Shown here: piece after piece, positions 1 through 11,114 of the stretch
Numbering within the stretch: the first letter of the stretch is position 1
Layout: every line of letters begins with the position of its first letter
Source of the DNA: Hyaloraphidium curvatum SAG 235-1
Lineage: Eukaryota > Fungi > Monoblepharomycota
Direction: 5' to 3'
Assembly: GCA_025558095.1 (NCBI GenBank)
Contig: JAIVFI010000007.1
Span: 62,001 to 126,000 of the forward strand
DNA: 64,000 nt
Notes under the pieces: generated by a model
Told to the model about the DNA's origin: nothing
Seen by the model: only the letters and a program-made list of their open reading frames with translations
The model's database searches: none
Translations under genes and position numbers: made by a program

Positions 1-524
1 AGTGTGCCGTCGTTCTGCACGCCCCAGTTGAAGTCGATCCCAGCGGAGACGCTGCGCATGTTAACGGCATTGGAAGGAACAACGAGAGCTCTGTTGTCGG
101 AGCAGCAGCCCCACGTCTGGGTGGTGCCTGGCACGGGATCAAAGTCAGCCTCAGCTTCTCAGGCCATGGCAGACCCACCGTCCGACAGGCGGGCGATTCC
201 GTGAGCGGTCCCGAGGGACACCTGCGTCACGCTCGTTCTGAAGCCCGGCAGGCTCGTCTGCCCGCGGTCGCTCGCACCCCACGCGGCGACGCTGCCGTCC
301 GAGAGCACCGCCGCGGCAAAGTTCTGCCCGCACGCGATGTTGGTCGCCGGCAGCGCCGCCGCGGTGCCAACAAAGGCAGCGGCGCCGATCAAGAAAGGGA
401 TCAGCCCCGCGGAGGCGACGCCGCGTCCGCATCGTGCCGGACTTTGTCCGGCGCGAGGGACGGCCGCGCGGCACTCATTCCCTCCGCGCGGCGCCCGCCC
501 GCCCGGCTTCGCGCGCCCGTCCAT
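1..524 (-). CDS. Secreted RCC1/BLIP-II beta-propeller repeat protein (5' part; runs off window start)
   Basis: Hydrophobic leader GLIPFLIGAAAFVGTAAA, then repeats IACGQNFAAAVLSDGSVAAWG / VSLGTAHGIARLSDGTTQTWG / VSAGIDFNWGVQNDGTL. A GT..GCTGAC..CAG intron at 128-178 removes the stop. Start codon uncertain. Confidence 0.75.
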
Positions 525-908
525 GGCGGCAGGTAGAAGCTTGATGGATCTCTTCGAGCCCCCTCGGAGGGACGGGCGAGGGAACGGCCGGTGCGGGGGT
601 CCGGCGCTCCCCTGAATCGGGGCTTCGACTCGCGCAAAGTGGCTGGGGAGAAGTGTCATAGTTCGCGGTCCCATGCGCGCGGAACTGCCGTCCCCGCAGC
701 AAAAGACCAATCGACGGGTGCGATCAGCCGGCGGCCCGTTTCTGCGGGCGGCCTGGCGTCTGCTGCCCGGCCAGCCGGCGCAGCGCTGCGATGAAGCACG
801 TGCCAACAGGCCGACTCCGCATCCCAGCTCCTCCGGACCACACGGCCATCCCGAAGCAACCTCCCGCCTCCGTCCCGCGCAGATGTCGCGCCCTTTCCCT
901 CCCCCATC

Positions 909-2147
909 TCATCCCTCCTTCATCCCCATGCTGCTCCCAACTCCCGGCCCCGGCTTGGGCGGCCACGCCTCCCCGTACAACCGCCTGAACCTGATCGCCA
1001 GCGCCGCCTCCCTCCCGTACAGCAGCACGCTCCTCGCATTGATCCACGCCAGCCCGTCGCACTTCCCGAACGGGTGCGGCCGCCGCGCGCCGTAGCCCCC
1101 GTATGCCGGCGCCTGCGCGAGCATCGAGGCGTTGCCGCAGCGGGTGCCCCACCGCCTTTCCGGATCGCGGGGGTCCGCGGTCCACCCCGGCGCAATGCTG
1201 GGGCATGCCCGTCCGAGGTTGGCCCACGCCATGGAGTTCTCGTAGACCCCGGCGAAGATGTAGTCCGGCCCCGTGCGGGCGTCCAGGCAGTCCGCGGGCC
1301 TGAAGTCCGGCAGGGAAGAGACCCACGCTTCGGCCCAGTACCTGCCGAGGCCGACGTAGCTCTCCAGGCATTTGTCGACGCCGTGCTCCCGCGCCGCGGC
1401 CCCGTAGGCCGCCAGCCTCGCGGGGTCGCGCATCATGCGGGGGTCCACGAGGCGCGCAACGTGGTCGCACCGCGCCCAGAAGAAGTTGCCCGTAAAGTGC
1501 GGGTACGGCACCGCCGAGAACCTCAGGCTGCACACGTCGTATTCCTCCATCAGGGTCGCGCAGCGCGGCGTGAGCACCGCGCAGTCCAGCGCCTTCCGGA
1601 AGCGCCCGTTGATCGGGCTGGGGTTCGCCGAGCCCTTGTTGTGCCAGTACAGGACGGCGGCCTCGGGGTCGGCGCGGCAGAAATCCCAGAGGTCGCCGAG
1701 GGTCTCGAGCTCGTCCCCCGCGGGGAGGTGCTTCATCCGCCGGGCCTTGGGCGCCCCCGGGAGCACGATCTCGGCCCCGTCCGGACCAAAGGTGTTGTAA
1801 AACACGCGCTCCAGCATGCTCCACGTGCCCGACGCGTTGAGCACGGCCAGCTGGTCCGCGATGATCTCGGCGTACGGCGCGCGGGTCCGGTCGGCAAATA
1901 TGTTGTAGAAGCCGTACAGCTTCCGCGTCCGCGGGGGCTCCGTCGGCGCCGCGGAAGGGCCCGGAGAGGGGCCGCCCGTCTCGCCCAACGAGGATGGGCG
2001 CGGGGGGAGCGAGGCGCGCGGGACAGCGGTGCGGGCCGGCGGGGGATCCCGCGCCGCCCGCAGCGGGAAGAACAGCGCCGCGGTACACACGGCCGTGGCA
2101 GCGAGCGCGAGAAACCGCCCCCTGTTCAGGGTCTGCGCGCCGCCCAT
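909..2147 (-). CDS. Type II membrane protein, putative glycosyltransferase-like
   Basis: N-terminal TM anchor FLALAATAVCTAALFFPL, Pro-rich stem, globular domain with VLYWHNKG, HFTGNFFWARC and GRYWAEAWV motifs. Intronless. Confidence 0.6.
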   Translation of the reverse strand: MGGAQTLNRGRFLALAATAVCTAALFFPLRAARDPPPARTAVPRASLPPRPSSLGETGGPSPGPSAAPTEPPRTRKLYGFYNIFADRTRAPYAEIIADQLAVLNASGTWSMLERVFYNTFGPDGAEIVLPGAPKARRMKHLPAGDELETLGDLWDFCRADPEAAVLYWHNKGSANPSPINGRFRKALDCAVLTPRCATLMEEYDVCSLRFSAVPYPHFTGNFFWARCDHVARLVDPRMMRDPARLAAYGAAAREHGVDKCLESYVGLGRYWAEAWVSSLPDFRPADCLDARTGPDYIFAGVYENSMAWANLGRACPSIAPGWTADPRDPERRWGTRCGNASMLAQAPAYGGYGARRPHPFGKCDGLAWINARSVLLYGREAALAIRFRRLYGEAWPPKPGPGVGSSMGMKEG

Positions 2148-2499
2148 GCTCGGGCCCGCGGGGACACCGATGGGGACACCGTGACTCGCCTCACCAGCCA
2201 CGTCCAAGGGATGGTCGGGGCAGGTTCCGACGAAGGGATGCCGAAAAAGCTCAATCCCCCATCGATCCGATCCGACCTCGTACCACCGATTCGAAGCGTG
2301 TGCCCGCTACCGCGGAGGCTACACACGCCCCGCACATCTCCGCATCCCAAAGGGGGGCCAATCACTTTCCCCGCCCTCCGCATCCCGTTCAGCAAAACAC
2401 CACGGCGGCGCCTCACCGCATACTCTGATCCGCGGCACGGTAGAGTGCTATCCACGTCGTCAGCTCCCTTTGTCACGGATAACCGCCCGCCCACCGCGA

Positions 2500-2810
2500 T
2501 CACGCGGACTGGAATGGACAAACAATGTCCATGGTGACGAAGGTGCCCCCCGCGCGCAGCACCGAGTACAATCCGACCAGCAGGGTCAGGAACGTGAGCA
2601 GGGTCCCCCTGATTGTCGACCCGGTGATCGGGAACCTGAAGAAGGTCGCGCGGTGCTCGTCGGCCTCGAGCCTTTTCGTGGGCTTCGAGCGCCGACAAAA
2701 CCGCAGCGCGGGCCGCAGGATCGAAAGAGGCGACGCCGATCCGTCGCGAAGCAGTTCGGATGCGGGCACGGGCGCGGTGCACGCTCGCCGAGAGCTCAGT
2801 GACCTCGCGG
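2500..2810 (-). pseudogene. 3' fragment of GRL/7TM family gene (copy of about 18284-18606) with frameshift
   Basis: Near-identical to the 3' end of the 17140-18606 gene (REVTELS..RARARIRTASRRIGVASFDP..ATFF..CPFQSA*). It lacks the 14 nt agctctccaccatg, which shifts the frame. No homology upstream of about 2810. Confidence 0.85.
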
Positions 2811-4022
2811 GATGAGTAATGCCGCTGTAGGTCACGCCCGTCTGGGCATTGCCGTCGTGTCGATCGCCCACACGGGCCCAGGCCCCCGCGATCCGTTCCC
2901 GGGACAAGAATTAAACGCCAGCATCGTCCACGGACTTGCCCGCCATATCCACGGTGCACGGCTGGGCGATCCGGCCCATCCGTAGAGAACTGCACGAAGG
3001 ATGCCGAGGCAGCACCGAGGGAGTCGAAGGCGAGAACAAGCAAAGGAGAAAAGCTCGCGTTGAAGATGAAGTTGGCGTTGTGCTTCCTAGTGCGAGCACC
3101 TGCTGGCCCAGGGGCGGTGAAGATGTAGTTCGCGTGGCTCTGGACCAGGGCCCACTGCTCTCTGGATAACAATCCGCAAAGCTCGCCCCGAGGCCCGGAT
3201 AACGGAACCGTCGTGCTTGGCTGGTCCTTTCGGTAGTATCCAGATGAGGCATGCTCCCTGGTGGTGACATGGAGGACCGTTTGCAGCCCTTGCGGCACCG
3301 CAAGGAGGAGAGGGGAATTGGGAGGCGCGCAGGAGTGGACGGCAAAGCTTCCAGCGCGCGAGAAGGAGGAAGGCGGGATTCAGAATGTGGTGGGCCACCA
3401 ACGAGGGCAGCGTCGTCAGGAAGGCCGCGATGGCGCCGTCCCGACCCTTCACAAGCCGTTTCCGGAGGTACCGAGGACGACATGCTGGGACAGCGATAGG
3501 CCTGGAGAACGTAGGGTAGCCGTGCCGGCGCCGTCTTCCGGGACCTTCTACTATTCGACCCGATCAGTAGAAGAGGGGACGCGTTGGTGAGTGCGAGGAT
3601 GGGAGGAAGTGCACTGGGGGAAGAATTCGGCGGTTTGCCGCGAAAGGCGTACGGTGCGGGCGCACGATCCTGCTGAAGTGCACGATGGCAAGTGAGGGGT
3701 GATGGCTTCGGGGCCGGTGGGAGCGCCAGGGGAAGGCGGAGGCCAAGGACGGGTCGGTCGAGTCATCCGTTGGCGGCGAGTCAGCTCAACTTGATGGTCG
3801 TACCGGCCGCGGGGCAAAACGCTCCGAGTGCGCCGGCAAGGCACTTTCTTGGTCGCACCGAGCGTTTCCGAGCACTCCCGTGCGGGATTCGTGTGTCCGC
3901 TGTGGCTTTCGTGCCTGGGTGATTCCGGGGGCTGAGCTCGGTCGGGACGGGGTCGGGGTGAGGTCGGGACGCTGCGCGACGTCACCGCCTCCCAACGACT
4001 CACAATCGCCAGACACTCAAAC

Positions 4023-5285
4023 ATGAAACACACACCATCCGGGACCATCCTCGCACTCGCGGCGCTGCCGCTGGTGGCGGCGCTGCTGCCGCGGGCCGCC
4101 GCGGACGCCTGCGGCGACGAGTGCCGCGCGTGGGCGAAAGACTGCCGCGCGGCGTGGGCGGCGTGGGACGGCGCCGGCTGCGGCACCGAGATCGAGGCGT
4201 GCTTGTGCGCGCCGTCCGTGCGGGGCTGCGCCTACGCTCTCGACAATGACCCGCGGGCCGTGGCCGCGCTCAAGAAGAACGGCATGGACTACCCCACCGT
4301 AGCCGCGGCGTTCGACGACTCCTGCAACTCGGCTCGCAAGGACAAGGCGGACATGGATTCGCCCGACGCCGCCCTCTGGTGCCCGCTTGTCGCGCTCGCC
4401 TTCGCCGAAGGCGTCAACTCCATCTTTGCCGCGCTCAAGTGCACCGTCCGGCTGACCGTGGGCCCCGCGGCGACGGCGACAGCCACAGCCACGGCCACGG
4501 CCACGCCGGCCCGGACCACCTCTCTCGCGACCCCCTCGACCACCGCAATCGGCCCCTCAGACACAACCGCCGTCACCACCACCGCTTCGACCCCCGACGC
4601 CTCCGCGACGCCTTCCCCCGATGCAGCCTCTCCGCCCACCCTCAGCCCCGGTGCCATCACCGGCATAGCTGTGGGCACTGCAGCCGGCGTTGCTGCCCTT
4701 GGCCTCGGCGTCGCCGTCGCAGTCAACCCCACGCACACGCTCACCTGGCACACCATCACGGCCGGCCCCGGGTCCGACATCGAGCCCGGGGTCAAGCCGG
4801 CACCGCCGCAAGGGCCCGCTAACCCCCAGCTTCCTCCCCCTGAGCAAGCTCCCCCGCCCCCTGACTACCCCGGCTCGGGTTCGACGCCGCAGCTTGGCGG
4901 CGACACTGTGCAGCCGGTGCCTCCCTCCCTGGGCAACGCAGCACCGGCTCCGTCACAGCAGCCCGGCGGCGATACGATGCAGCAGGCGCCCGCCCCCCTG
5001 GGGAACCCAGCCCCGGCTCCGTCGCAGCAGACCGCCCCCGCCCCGTCGCAGCAGGCCGGCGGCGAAGCGAGGCTGCCGCCCCCACCACCCCCGGCGCACA
5101 CGGCAGTGACCCCGTCGCAGCAGACCGCCCCTGCCCCGAACCAGCGGGCGGGGAGCGATGCGAAACCGCCGCCGAGGCGCCAGTCCCTGCAGCCTTCCGT
5201 CACGGTGGCCGAGATCATGGACATGATGGGCGCCGACCAGCCGAGCTTCCTGCGCTTCGAGCCCGGCCGGCCCCCGATGCCCTGA
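4023..5285 (+). CDS. Type I membrane protein: signal peptide, Cys-rich ectodomain, Ser/Thr stalk, TM, Pro/Gln-rich tail
   Basis: Leader MKHTPSGTILALAALPLVAALL, about 10 Cys, T/S-rich stalk, TM AITGIAVGTAAGVAALGLGVAVAV, tail with PPDY and APAPSQQ repeats. Confidence 0.7.
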   Translation: MKHTPSGTILALAALPLVAALLPRAAADACGDECRAWAKDCRAAWAAWDGAGCGTEIEACLCAPSVRGCAYALDNDPRAVAALKKNGMDYPTVAAAFDDSCNSARKDKADMDSPDAALWCPLVALAFAEGVNSIFAALKCTVRLTVGPAATATATATATATPARTTSLATPSTTAIGPSDTTAVTTTASTPDASATPSPDAASPPTLSPGAITGIAVGTAAGVAALGLGVAVAVNPTHTLTWHTITAGPGSDIEPGVKPAPPQGPANPQLPPPEQAPPPPDYPGSGSTPQLGGDTVQPVPPSLGNAAPAPSQQPGGDTMQQAPAPLGNPAPAPSQQTAPAPSQQAGGEARLPPPPPPAHTAVTPSQQTAPAPNQRAGSDAKPPPRRQSLQPSVTVAEIMDMMGADQPSFLRFEPGRPPMP

Positions 5286-5453
5286 AGGCGTGGAGCGCCG
5301 GCGAGGGTGCCGACCTCCGGATGTCGGCTGCCCGCTGCCCCGCACCGATCGGATCGGATGCGGCGGCATGTACATAGTTCAAGGGACCCTGCTTTGTACA
5401 AAGCCAATCCATTGTAGTGTGACATGCATGCACGTGAGCCCAATACAACCCTT

Positions 5454-7031
5454 TCAGGATCCGCCCGGGCACACGCTCTCGACAGTGACCCCGATCCCGG
5501 CCCCCCGGAGCACCGACCACAGGCCGACGCCGACGGTGAACGCCGTGACCGCGATCGTGCGCACTGCGCCGAAGGTGATGAGCACCCCGAAGAACCTCGT
5601 CTGGAACTTCTCGATCCCCGCGAGCCCGCCCAGCATCTCGGCGTGAAGGCGCACGGACTCCGCGGCGGCGGGGTCGCCGATAGCCCTGAACGCGAGGGCA
5701 CGGAGGTCGAGAGCGGCATTGGTGTACATCGTCGCGATGCGGGTGGCTTCGAGGTTGGAGGCGGCGACGGTGAAGAGCTCGAGAAATAGCATGCAGCACA
5801 TGATGCCGAAGGTGGCGAGGCGGCCGGCGTTGATGCATCCGGCTCCGAACTGTGTGGATTTCGGACGAGGGGGTTACCACGGGTCATTCACCAGAGGTGC
5901 GATCCAACCCACCATTCCGACGCAGATGGCCGAGGTTTCGGCAGCGACACCCATGACCGAGACCAACCGCGCGCCGACCCCGGCGTAGAACCGCCGCCGC
6001 CACGAAGCGGCGAGCACCGCATGGAGGACGACGTAGGGCTCCTGTTCGATGGTCACCGGGCCGGGCTTGTCCGCATGCTCCCGAGCCGCCGCAAGGTGTT
6101 CCATCCGCGTGATCAGGTCGTCCAGGCAGATGGCGACGGCCCGAACACGGAGGCGCAGCTCCAGCTGGAGCAGCGCGGGGTTGGAAACGGTCGCCCCGTA
6201 GTTCAGGGCGTTGAAGAAGAGGAAGAAGGTGAAGTAGGCGATGGAAACGGCCGTGAGGGTGGCCGACCACGTCGTGCCCCAGGTTTGCTCCCGGAAGGTG
6301 ACGATGCCGGTCCAATAGGTCAGGATGCCGGCGGTGAAGTTAAATGCGAGGAAGACGGTTAGGAACGTCAGGAGGGGTTGGACCGGCAACGACGCTCTGA
6401 TGCTGCCAGCGCAGGTGTCCCTGGGGCATGGGCACGTGTCCACGTCCTCGTCGTCATGGGCGAGCAGCCCAAAGGACGAAGCCGAGGACTTTCCAGGTTC
6501 CTGAGCGTGGTGCGCGGCGGTTCTGACCAGCTGCAGGTACCGGGCAACACCAGCAAATTGGGAGCTGTCCAGGAGCCGCTCGGCGTCCGCAATGAACTTG
6601 GGTGCCTCGCCCCCGACCCTGCCGCGGACAACAGGCACCGCCCAGAACGCATCCGAAACGACGACCTGCACCGTCGCCACAATTAGCTGCCGCGTGCCAA
6701 AACGCCCCCCGTTGAAGATCCACTGCAGCGCCAGTAGGAACCCCAGCGACGCGAAGCCGCCCAAAAGCCTTGCGCCCGCGGTTGCGGAGGAAAAGCGCCG
6801 CAGTCGGAGCTCGAGGCCGACGAAGGCGGCGAGGGCGGGGGACCACGAGAGCGCGGCGATCAGGGATCCCCGGGTGAGCGGGTGCGCGTCACGTGCGGCC
6901 GCCCCGCGGTCCTCGCTGGCGAGGAGGCGCAGCACCTGCGGCGCTTCCTTGGGCAGAGATGGTGGCGGGGCTGCGGGGAAGAGAGCGGCCCATTCGGCTG
7001 CCGTGAATGGCAGCGAAGACGTGAAGGCCAT
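5454..7031 (-). CDS. 7-TM GRL/7TMIC-like membrane protein, paralog A (2 exons; intron 5850-5912)
   Basis: The 385-aa and 115-aa ORFs are joined by a GTGGGT..CAG intron, giving AICVGM|FGAGCINAG. Family motifs FTAAEWAALFP, HDDEDVDTCPCPRDTCAG, TRFFGVLITFGAVRT, terminal CP. Confidence 0.8.
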
Positions 7032-7271
7032 TGGGAGCTCTTGTTTCTTCGACGTTGACCACGGCTTCGGTCGCCAGTCTAGGAGCTACGATGCCAACAA
7101 AATGTGGCCCGATAACTGACACGCCGCACTTGGCGGATTTTGCGGCAGCGCTGCAGGGTGGCCGGAAACAGGACTCCCGCCGCAAATCCCTTGTTGACGC
7201 ATTCGTCAACTCCGTCTTCCGTTTCCCACGCGTCTCTCGCTTGAACCGACAATTTAGCCCACCGCATCCCG

Positions 7272-7943
7272 ATGGGTCTCGCCGTGGAGGTCGGCCTGCT
7301 CGCGCACTTTGCCGGCGGAAGCGATCCGGAAGCCTTGGAACACTACCGCGGGCAGTTCGCCCGCCTCCGCGCCGCGGTCGAAGCTGCCGGCGTTTCCGGG
7401 TACTGCGAGCCCGAGTCGATTCCGCCGAAACCCTCGGGGAACAACCTTGGGCCTTCGGACCGGCTGTCCTCCTCGTTCCCGTACTCCTTCCTGCAATACC
7501 TCCGCCGCGCCTACGCGCTCCTTGTTTCGGAGCTCCCCGTGGTCCCGGCGACCGATCCCGCGGTGCTCAAGCACGATGCCGGTGTCGTCGACGACGCCGC
7601 CTCGATGCTCTCGTCGCACTTGCTCTGCCATTCGGACTGCGAAGGGTACTACGTCCCCGTGGACCTCCCCGACCCGCTCTTCCTGGTTCCGGACTCTGGC
7701 GTCGCGGGGGCCGGGATCGTCGGTTCTTCTCCCCGCTTGCTGCAGGAGCTGCGCGCGCTCGCGCCGTCGCTGGGGATCCGGCTCGGGGAGGGCGGGCAGC
7801 TACCCCCCGCCGAGGAGGACCGGGTTGCCATGCTGGCCGAGGACGACGCGGACCCGTGGCACAGGGAGCTGACGGCTTGGACGGCGCTGTTCCGCGCCGC
7901 GGGGGAGAGCGTGCGGACGGGCGCAGCCATCGTGTTCTGCTGA
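7272..7943 (+). CDS. Bacterial-like hypothetical protein (223 aa, intronless)
   Basis: Globular ORF with FPYSFLQYLRRAYA, SHLLCHSDCEGYYVPVD, VGSSPRLLQEL and C-terminal AIVFC, which I recall from a bacterial hypothetical family. Confidence 0.7.
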   Translation: MGLAVEVGLLAHFAGGSDPEALEHYRGQFARLRAAVEAAGVSGYCEPESIPPKPSGNNLGPSDRLSSSFPYSFLQYLRRAYALLVSELPVVPATDPAVLKHDAGVVDDAASMLSSHLLCHSDCEGYYVPVDLPDPLFLVPDSGVAGAGIVGSSPRLLQELRALAPSLGIRLGEGGQLPPAEEDRVAMLAEDDADPWHRELTAWTALFRAAGESVRTGAAIVFC

Positions 7944-7979
7944 ACCCGAATCCACGTAACGCGCATGGGAAAAAGCCGC

Positions 7980-9663
7980 TCATGCCGCGGCGGGTGCCGC
8001 CGGACTCGCATCCGCCGCCTGCCCCGTAGCCCCGTCCCCCTCCGACTCCCCATCCGTCCCCGCCTCTTCTTTTGCCTTGAGCGCCAGCATCTCGACCAAC
8101 CTGTCGCACATCCACGGCGCCGCGTCCGGATCGTGCGGCTTGGGCGGGTTCTGCTCCGGCGCGTCCACCCGGCCCCAGTACCGCTCGAACAGGAACGCCG
8201 CGGGGTCGAAGCCCCGCGGGGGCACGGGGGTGGTGCCGTCCGGGTTGGTCCCGAGGATGCGGGACCGAGCGGCGGCGGCGCCGGCGAAGCCGACGGCAAA
8301 GTCGCCGGACTGTCGGCCGCGCACCCGTCAGCCCCGCGACCCGGCCCGCACGACGAAAGAGGACCCACCTTCCACGCGTCCCCGTACTCGTACCCGTCGC
8401 CCCAATCCTCGGGCCGCTCCCCGTCCTCGGGCTCCTGCTTGGCCTGCCACTCGACGCACCCGATCTCCTCCGGGCTCGAGCGCAGGCGGACCTGCGGCAC
8501 CACCTGCGCCCGCCCCCACGCCGCGGGGTCCGACTCCAGGAGCGATTCGAGGGCGTCGCGTTCGTCGTGCGCGCCGGTGAGGCGGTAGGCGAGGAGCCGG
8601 GAGAGGAGGGAGAGGGAGGTGGGCGAGCGCCGGACGAGGAGGGCCGAGGGGGACAGGCCGTCGCAGTCCCTCGCAACAATGAAGTCCAGCTCCGGCTTCG
8701 CACCCTTGGTGTCGTTGAAGCGCGCGCCGTGGAGTTCCAGGGCGAGGTCGACGATCACGTCCAGGGGCGCCGAGGTGGTTGTGATGAGCGCGTCGGGGTC
8801 GAGCCAGAGCGCCCATGCCTCCCTTTCCGCATCGGGAGCGGCGTAACCCCGATCGTCCCCGACCTCCACCCCCTGGGCGGGCAGGTACGGCGGCCCCCAA
8901 GACACGTTCTCGGCCCCCGTCTCGCCCCACAGCGCCACCTCGAGCGCCGGGAAGCGGGACCACCCCGGCTCCCCCTTCAGCAGCGGGTCCAGGTGGATGT
9001 GCAGGGGGTACCCGTGCCGCCGGGCGTAGCGCTGCCGGTTGGCGAGCGAGAGGAGGTGCCAGGGTTTGGGGTCATTGACATCGGCGGCGGCGACGAGCGT
9101 GAATGCGCGGCGGGAACGGGGTTGCGCGGCGTCGGGGTCCCGGAGGACGGCGACGCCGACGGCCGGCATGCCCTGCACGCCGGGGACGGAGGCGGGCTCC
9201 CCGTGCGGCTCGGGGAGGTCCAGCACCGCGGGCCCGGCATGCCCCTCGGCGACCACCTCGAGCTTTCTGCGCCCCGAATCACAGAAGTCAGGCACAAGGG
9301 CGCGTTGAAGTCCGTTCAGGCGACCCACATCTTGCCGCCCTCCCCCTCGGCGATCCCCAGCGTGTACGCGTCCCCGCCCACCGCGTCCACCTCGGCCCTC
9401 CCGACGGCCTCCCCCGAATCCCGCCTCCGCACCTCCAGCTCCACCCTGCCCGCCGCAACGGGCGCGTACGCCGACACGGAGAAGAAGGCGAGGTCCGGGA
9501 GCACCGTTTGGCCGTCGGCGGAGATTGAGATGGGCGGGAGGGAGGGCGCGGCGTGCACGGCGCGGAGGCCGGCGAACCGCGGGGGTGAGGCGGCACACGT
9601 GGAGAAGAGGGAGAGGAGGACGAGGCACGAGGCGGCTAGGGCCGCGGCCTTTGGGCGGGGCAT
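7980..9663 (-). CDS. GT34 (GMA12/MNN10-like) glycosyltransferase; introns 9267-9328 and 8310-8368
   Basis: Signal/anchor MPRPKAAALAASCLVLLSLF; NRQRYARRHGY, WSRFPAL, WALWLDPDALI (DxD), FIVARDCDGL, WK|SGDFAVGFAG. Confidence 0.75.
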
Positions 9664-10048
9664 GTTTGGGCGGGAGGTCTGTTTGGGTCCGCGAGGTTGG
9701 CGGCGTGAGGGCAAGCGGACGACGTTGGACCTCCGCCCAAGCGGAAAAGGCAAGAGTAGCGATCAACGAACGACTTGGATGGATTCTCAATCAACAAGGA
9801 CGGCGTACCTTCATTGGGCGTGGTGGAGCCTTGCCCTCGCAGGACACCGGCACTCCATCCACCCAGGCGGCGTCCGAGGCCCCGGGTCTACAACGATCTA
9901 CTCGCCCGGATCAGATTTACTGTCATTGCTGGCTTCTTGCCGGCCTTCATTCTGATGCCAGCCGTCTAGGCCGAGCACTGACGCGCCGCATCGCCGCAGC
10001 ACTAGCCCGCGCCCCCGCTCCCCAGCGCCCGCAACCGCAGCGGACGCG

Positions 10049-10672
10049 ATGGGCGCGTTCGAGGACTTTTTCCGCATGCTCACGAGCTGCTTTTCGCCGC
10101 CGAAGCAGGCGGCGGCGGAGCAGAACGGCCACGCGGCGCCGGCGCGGCAGCCAGCGGGGGGCGGATCGCCCGCGGCACCGCCGGCCGCGACGGAGCCATC
10201 GCGGGCGGCCGCGCCCGTTGCCGCTGCCGCCGACGTCGGGACCGCCGGTGCCGAGGGGTCGTCGCCGCCCGCGCCCGCCGAGGCGCCCGAAACGTCCTCC
10301 GATCCCCCACCCGACGACGCCGCCCGCCCGGCCACCCCCCCACCCCTCGTCCCGCCGCCCGTCGCGCTCGCCCCCGTGCCGGCGGTAACCTCCTCCCTCG
10401 GCGTGGTGTGGCCGGCGCCCCCGCGCCCGCCGGAGGAGCCCGAACTGCTGGACCCCGAGCTGCGGGACATTCTCCATCTGGCCGGGCAGACGGACTTTGC
10501 GGCGCTCGAGGTGGGGCCAGATCCGGGGGCGGATGGCAGGGAAAAAGGGATGGATGTCGCCGGGGTGAAGAGCAGGATATTCTTGGGGAGAGAGGCGCAG
10601 GAGATGGCAAAGGTGGTGGATTGGACGGCGCTGGCGGCCGTGCCAACGTCGAGGCCGGCGAACCGGGCCTGA
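10049..10672 (+). CDS. Hypothetical Pro/Ala-rich protein, possible N-terminal acylation
   Basis: MGAFEDFFRMLTSCF start (Gly2 plus Cys), low-complexity middle, short ordered C-terminal part. Confidence 0.4.
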   Translation: MGAFEDFFRMLTSCFSPPKQAAAEQNGHAAPARQPAGGGSPAAPPAATEPSRAAAPVAAAADVGTAGAEGSSPPAPAEAPETSSDPPPDDAARPATPPPLVPPPVALAPVPAVTSSLGVVWPAPPRPPEEPELLDPELRDILHLAGQTDFAALEVGPDPGADGREKGMDVAGVKSRIFLGREAQEMAKVVDWTALAAVPTSRPANRA

Positions 10673-11114
10673 ATGAGGGAACGCTGCGGAGGGGCTGTTT
10701 CCAGGTGTGGGCAGCATCGATGAGTCGGACTTGCTTGGGCTGACTTCAAGGAGGGGGCGCGGGGGCGGGGCGAGGACCAAGGCGGGCGACTAGCAGCGGA
10801 AACGGGGCTGGGCGGCAGGGAATGACATGGCGTACGTATGGACCTCAGATGATATACCTGACTCAAATTCGGATCCCTGCATGGACGCCGCCTATCCGCT
10901 CTCCCGCAAGATATCCATCGCCTGCCGGCCGCGCCCTGGGCGAGGGACATCCCGACGATGTCCGCCATCGACCTCGTTCCTCAAGTACGACCTGTGCGAC
11001 ATCGAGTCGACCCAAAAATGCGTCGATGCCGCCCTCGAAGAGCTCGGCGGTCTCGACGTCGGGTTTGCACAGCGGTGGATGAGCCAGGCAGACCGCGACC
11101 TCTTACCCCGCAGA

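Noticed and set aside
2811-3500. Possible 5' half of the receptor pseudogene (contains LARWKL)
   Set aside because: No CPC motif, no TM series and no nucleotide similarity to paralogs; a single short match is insufficient.
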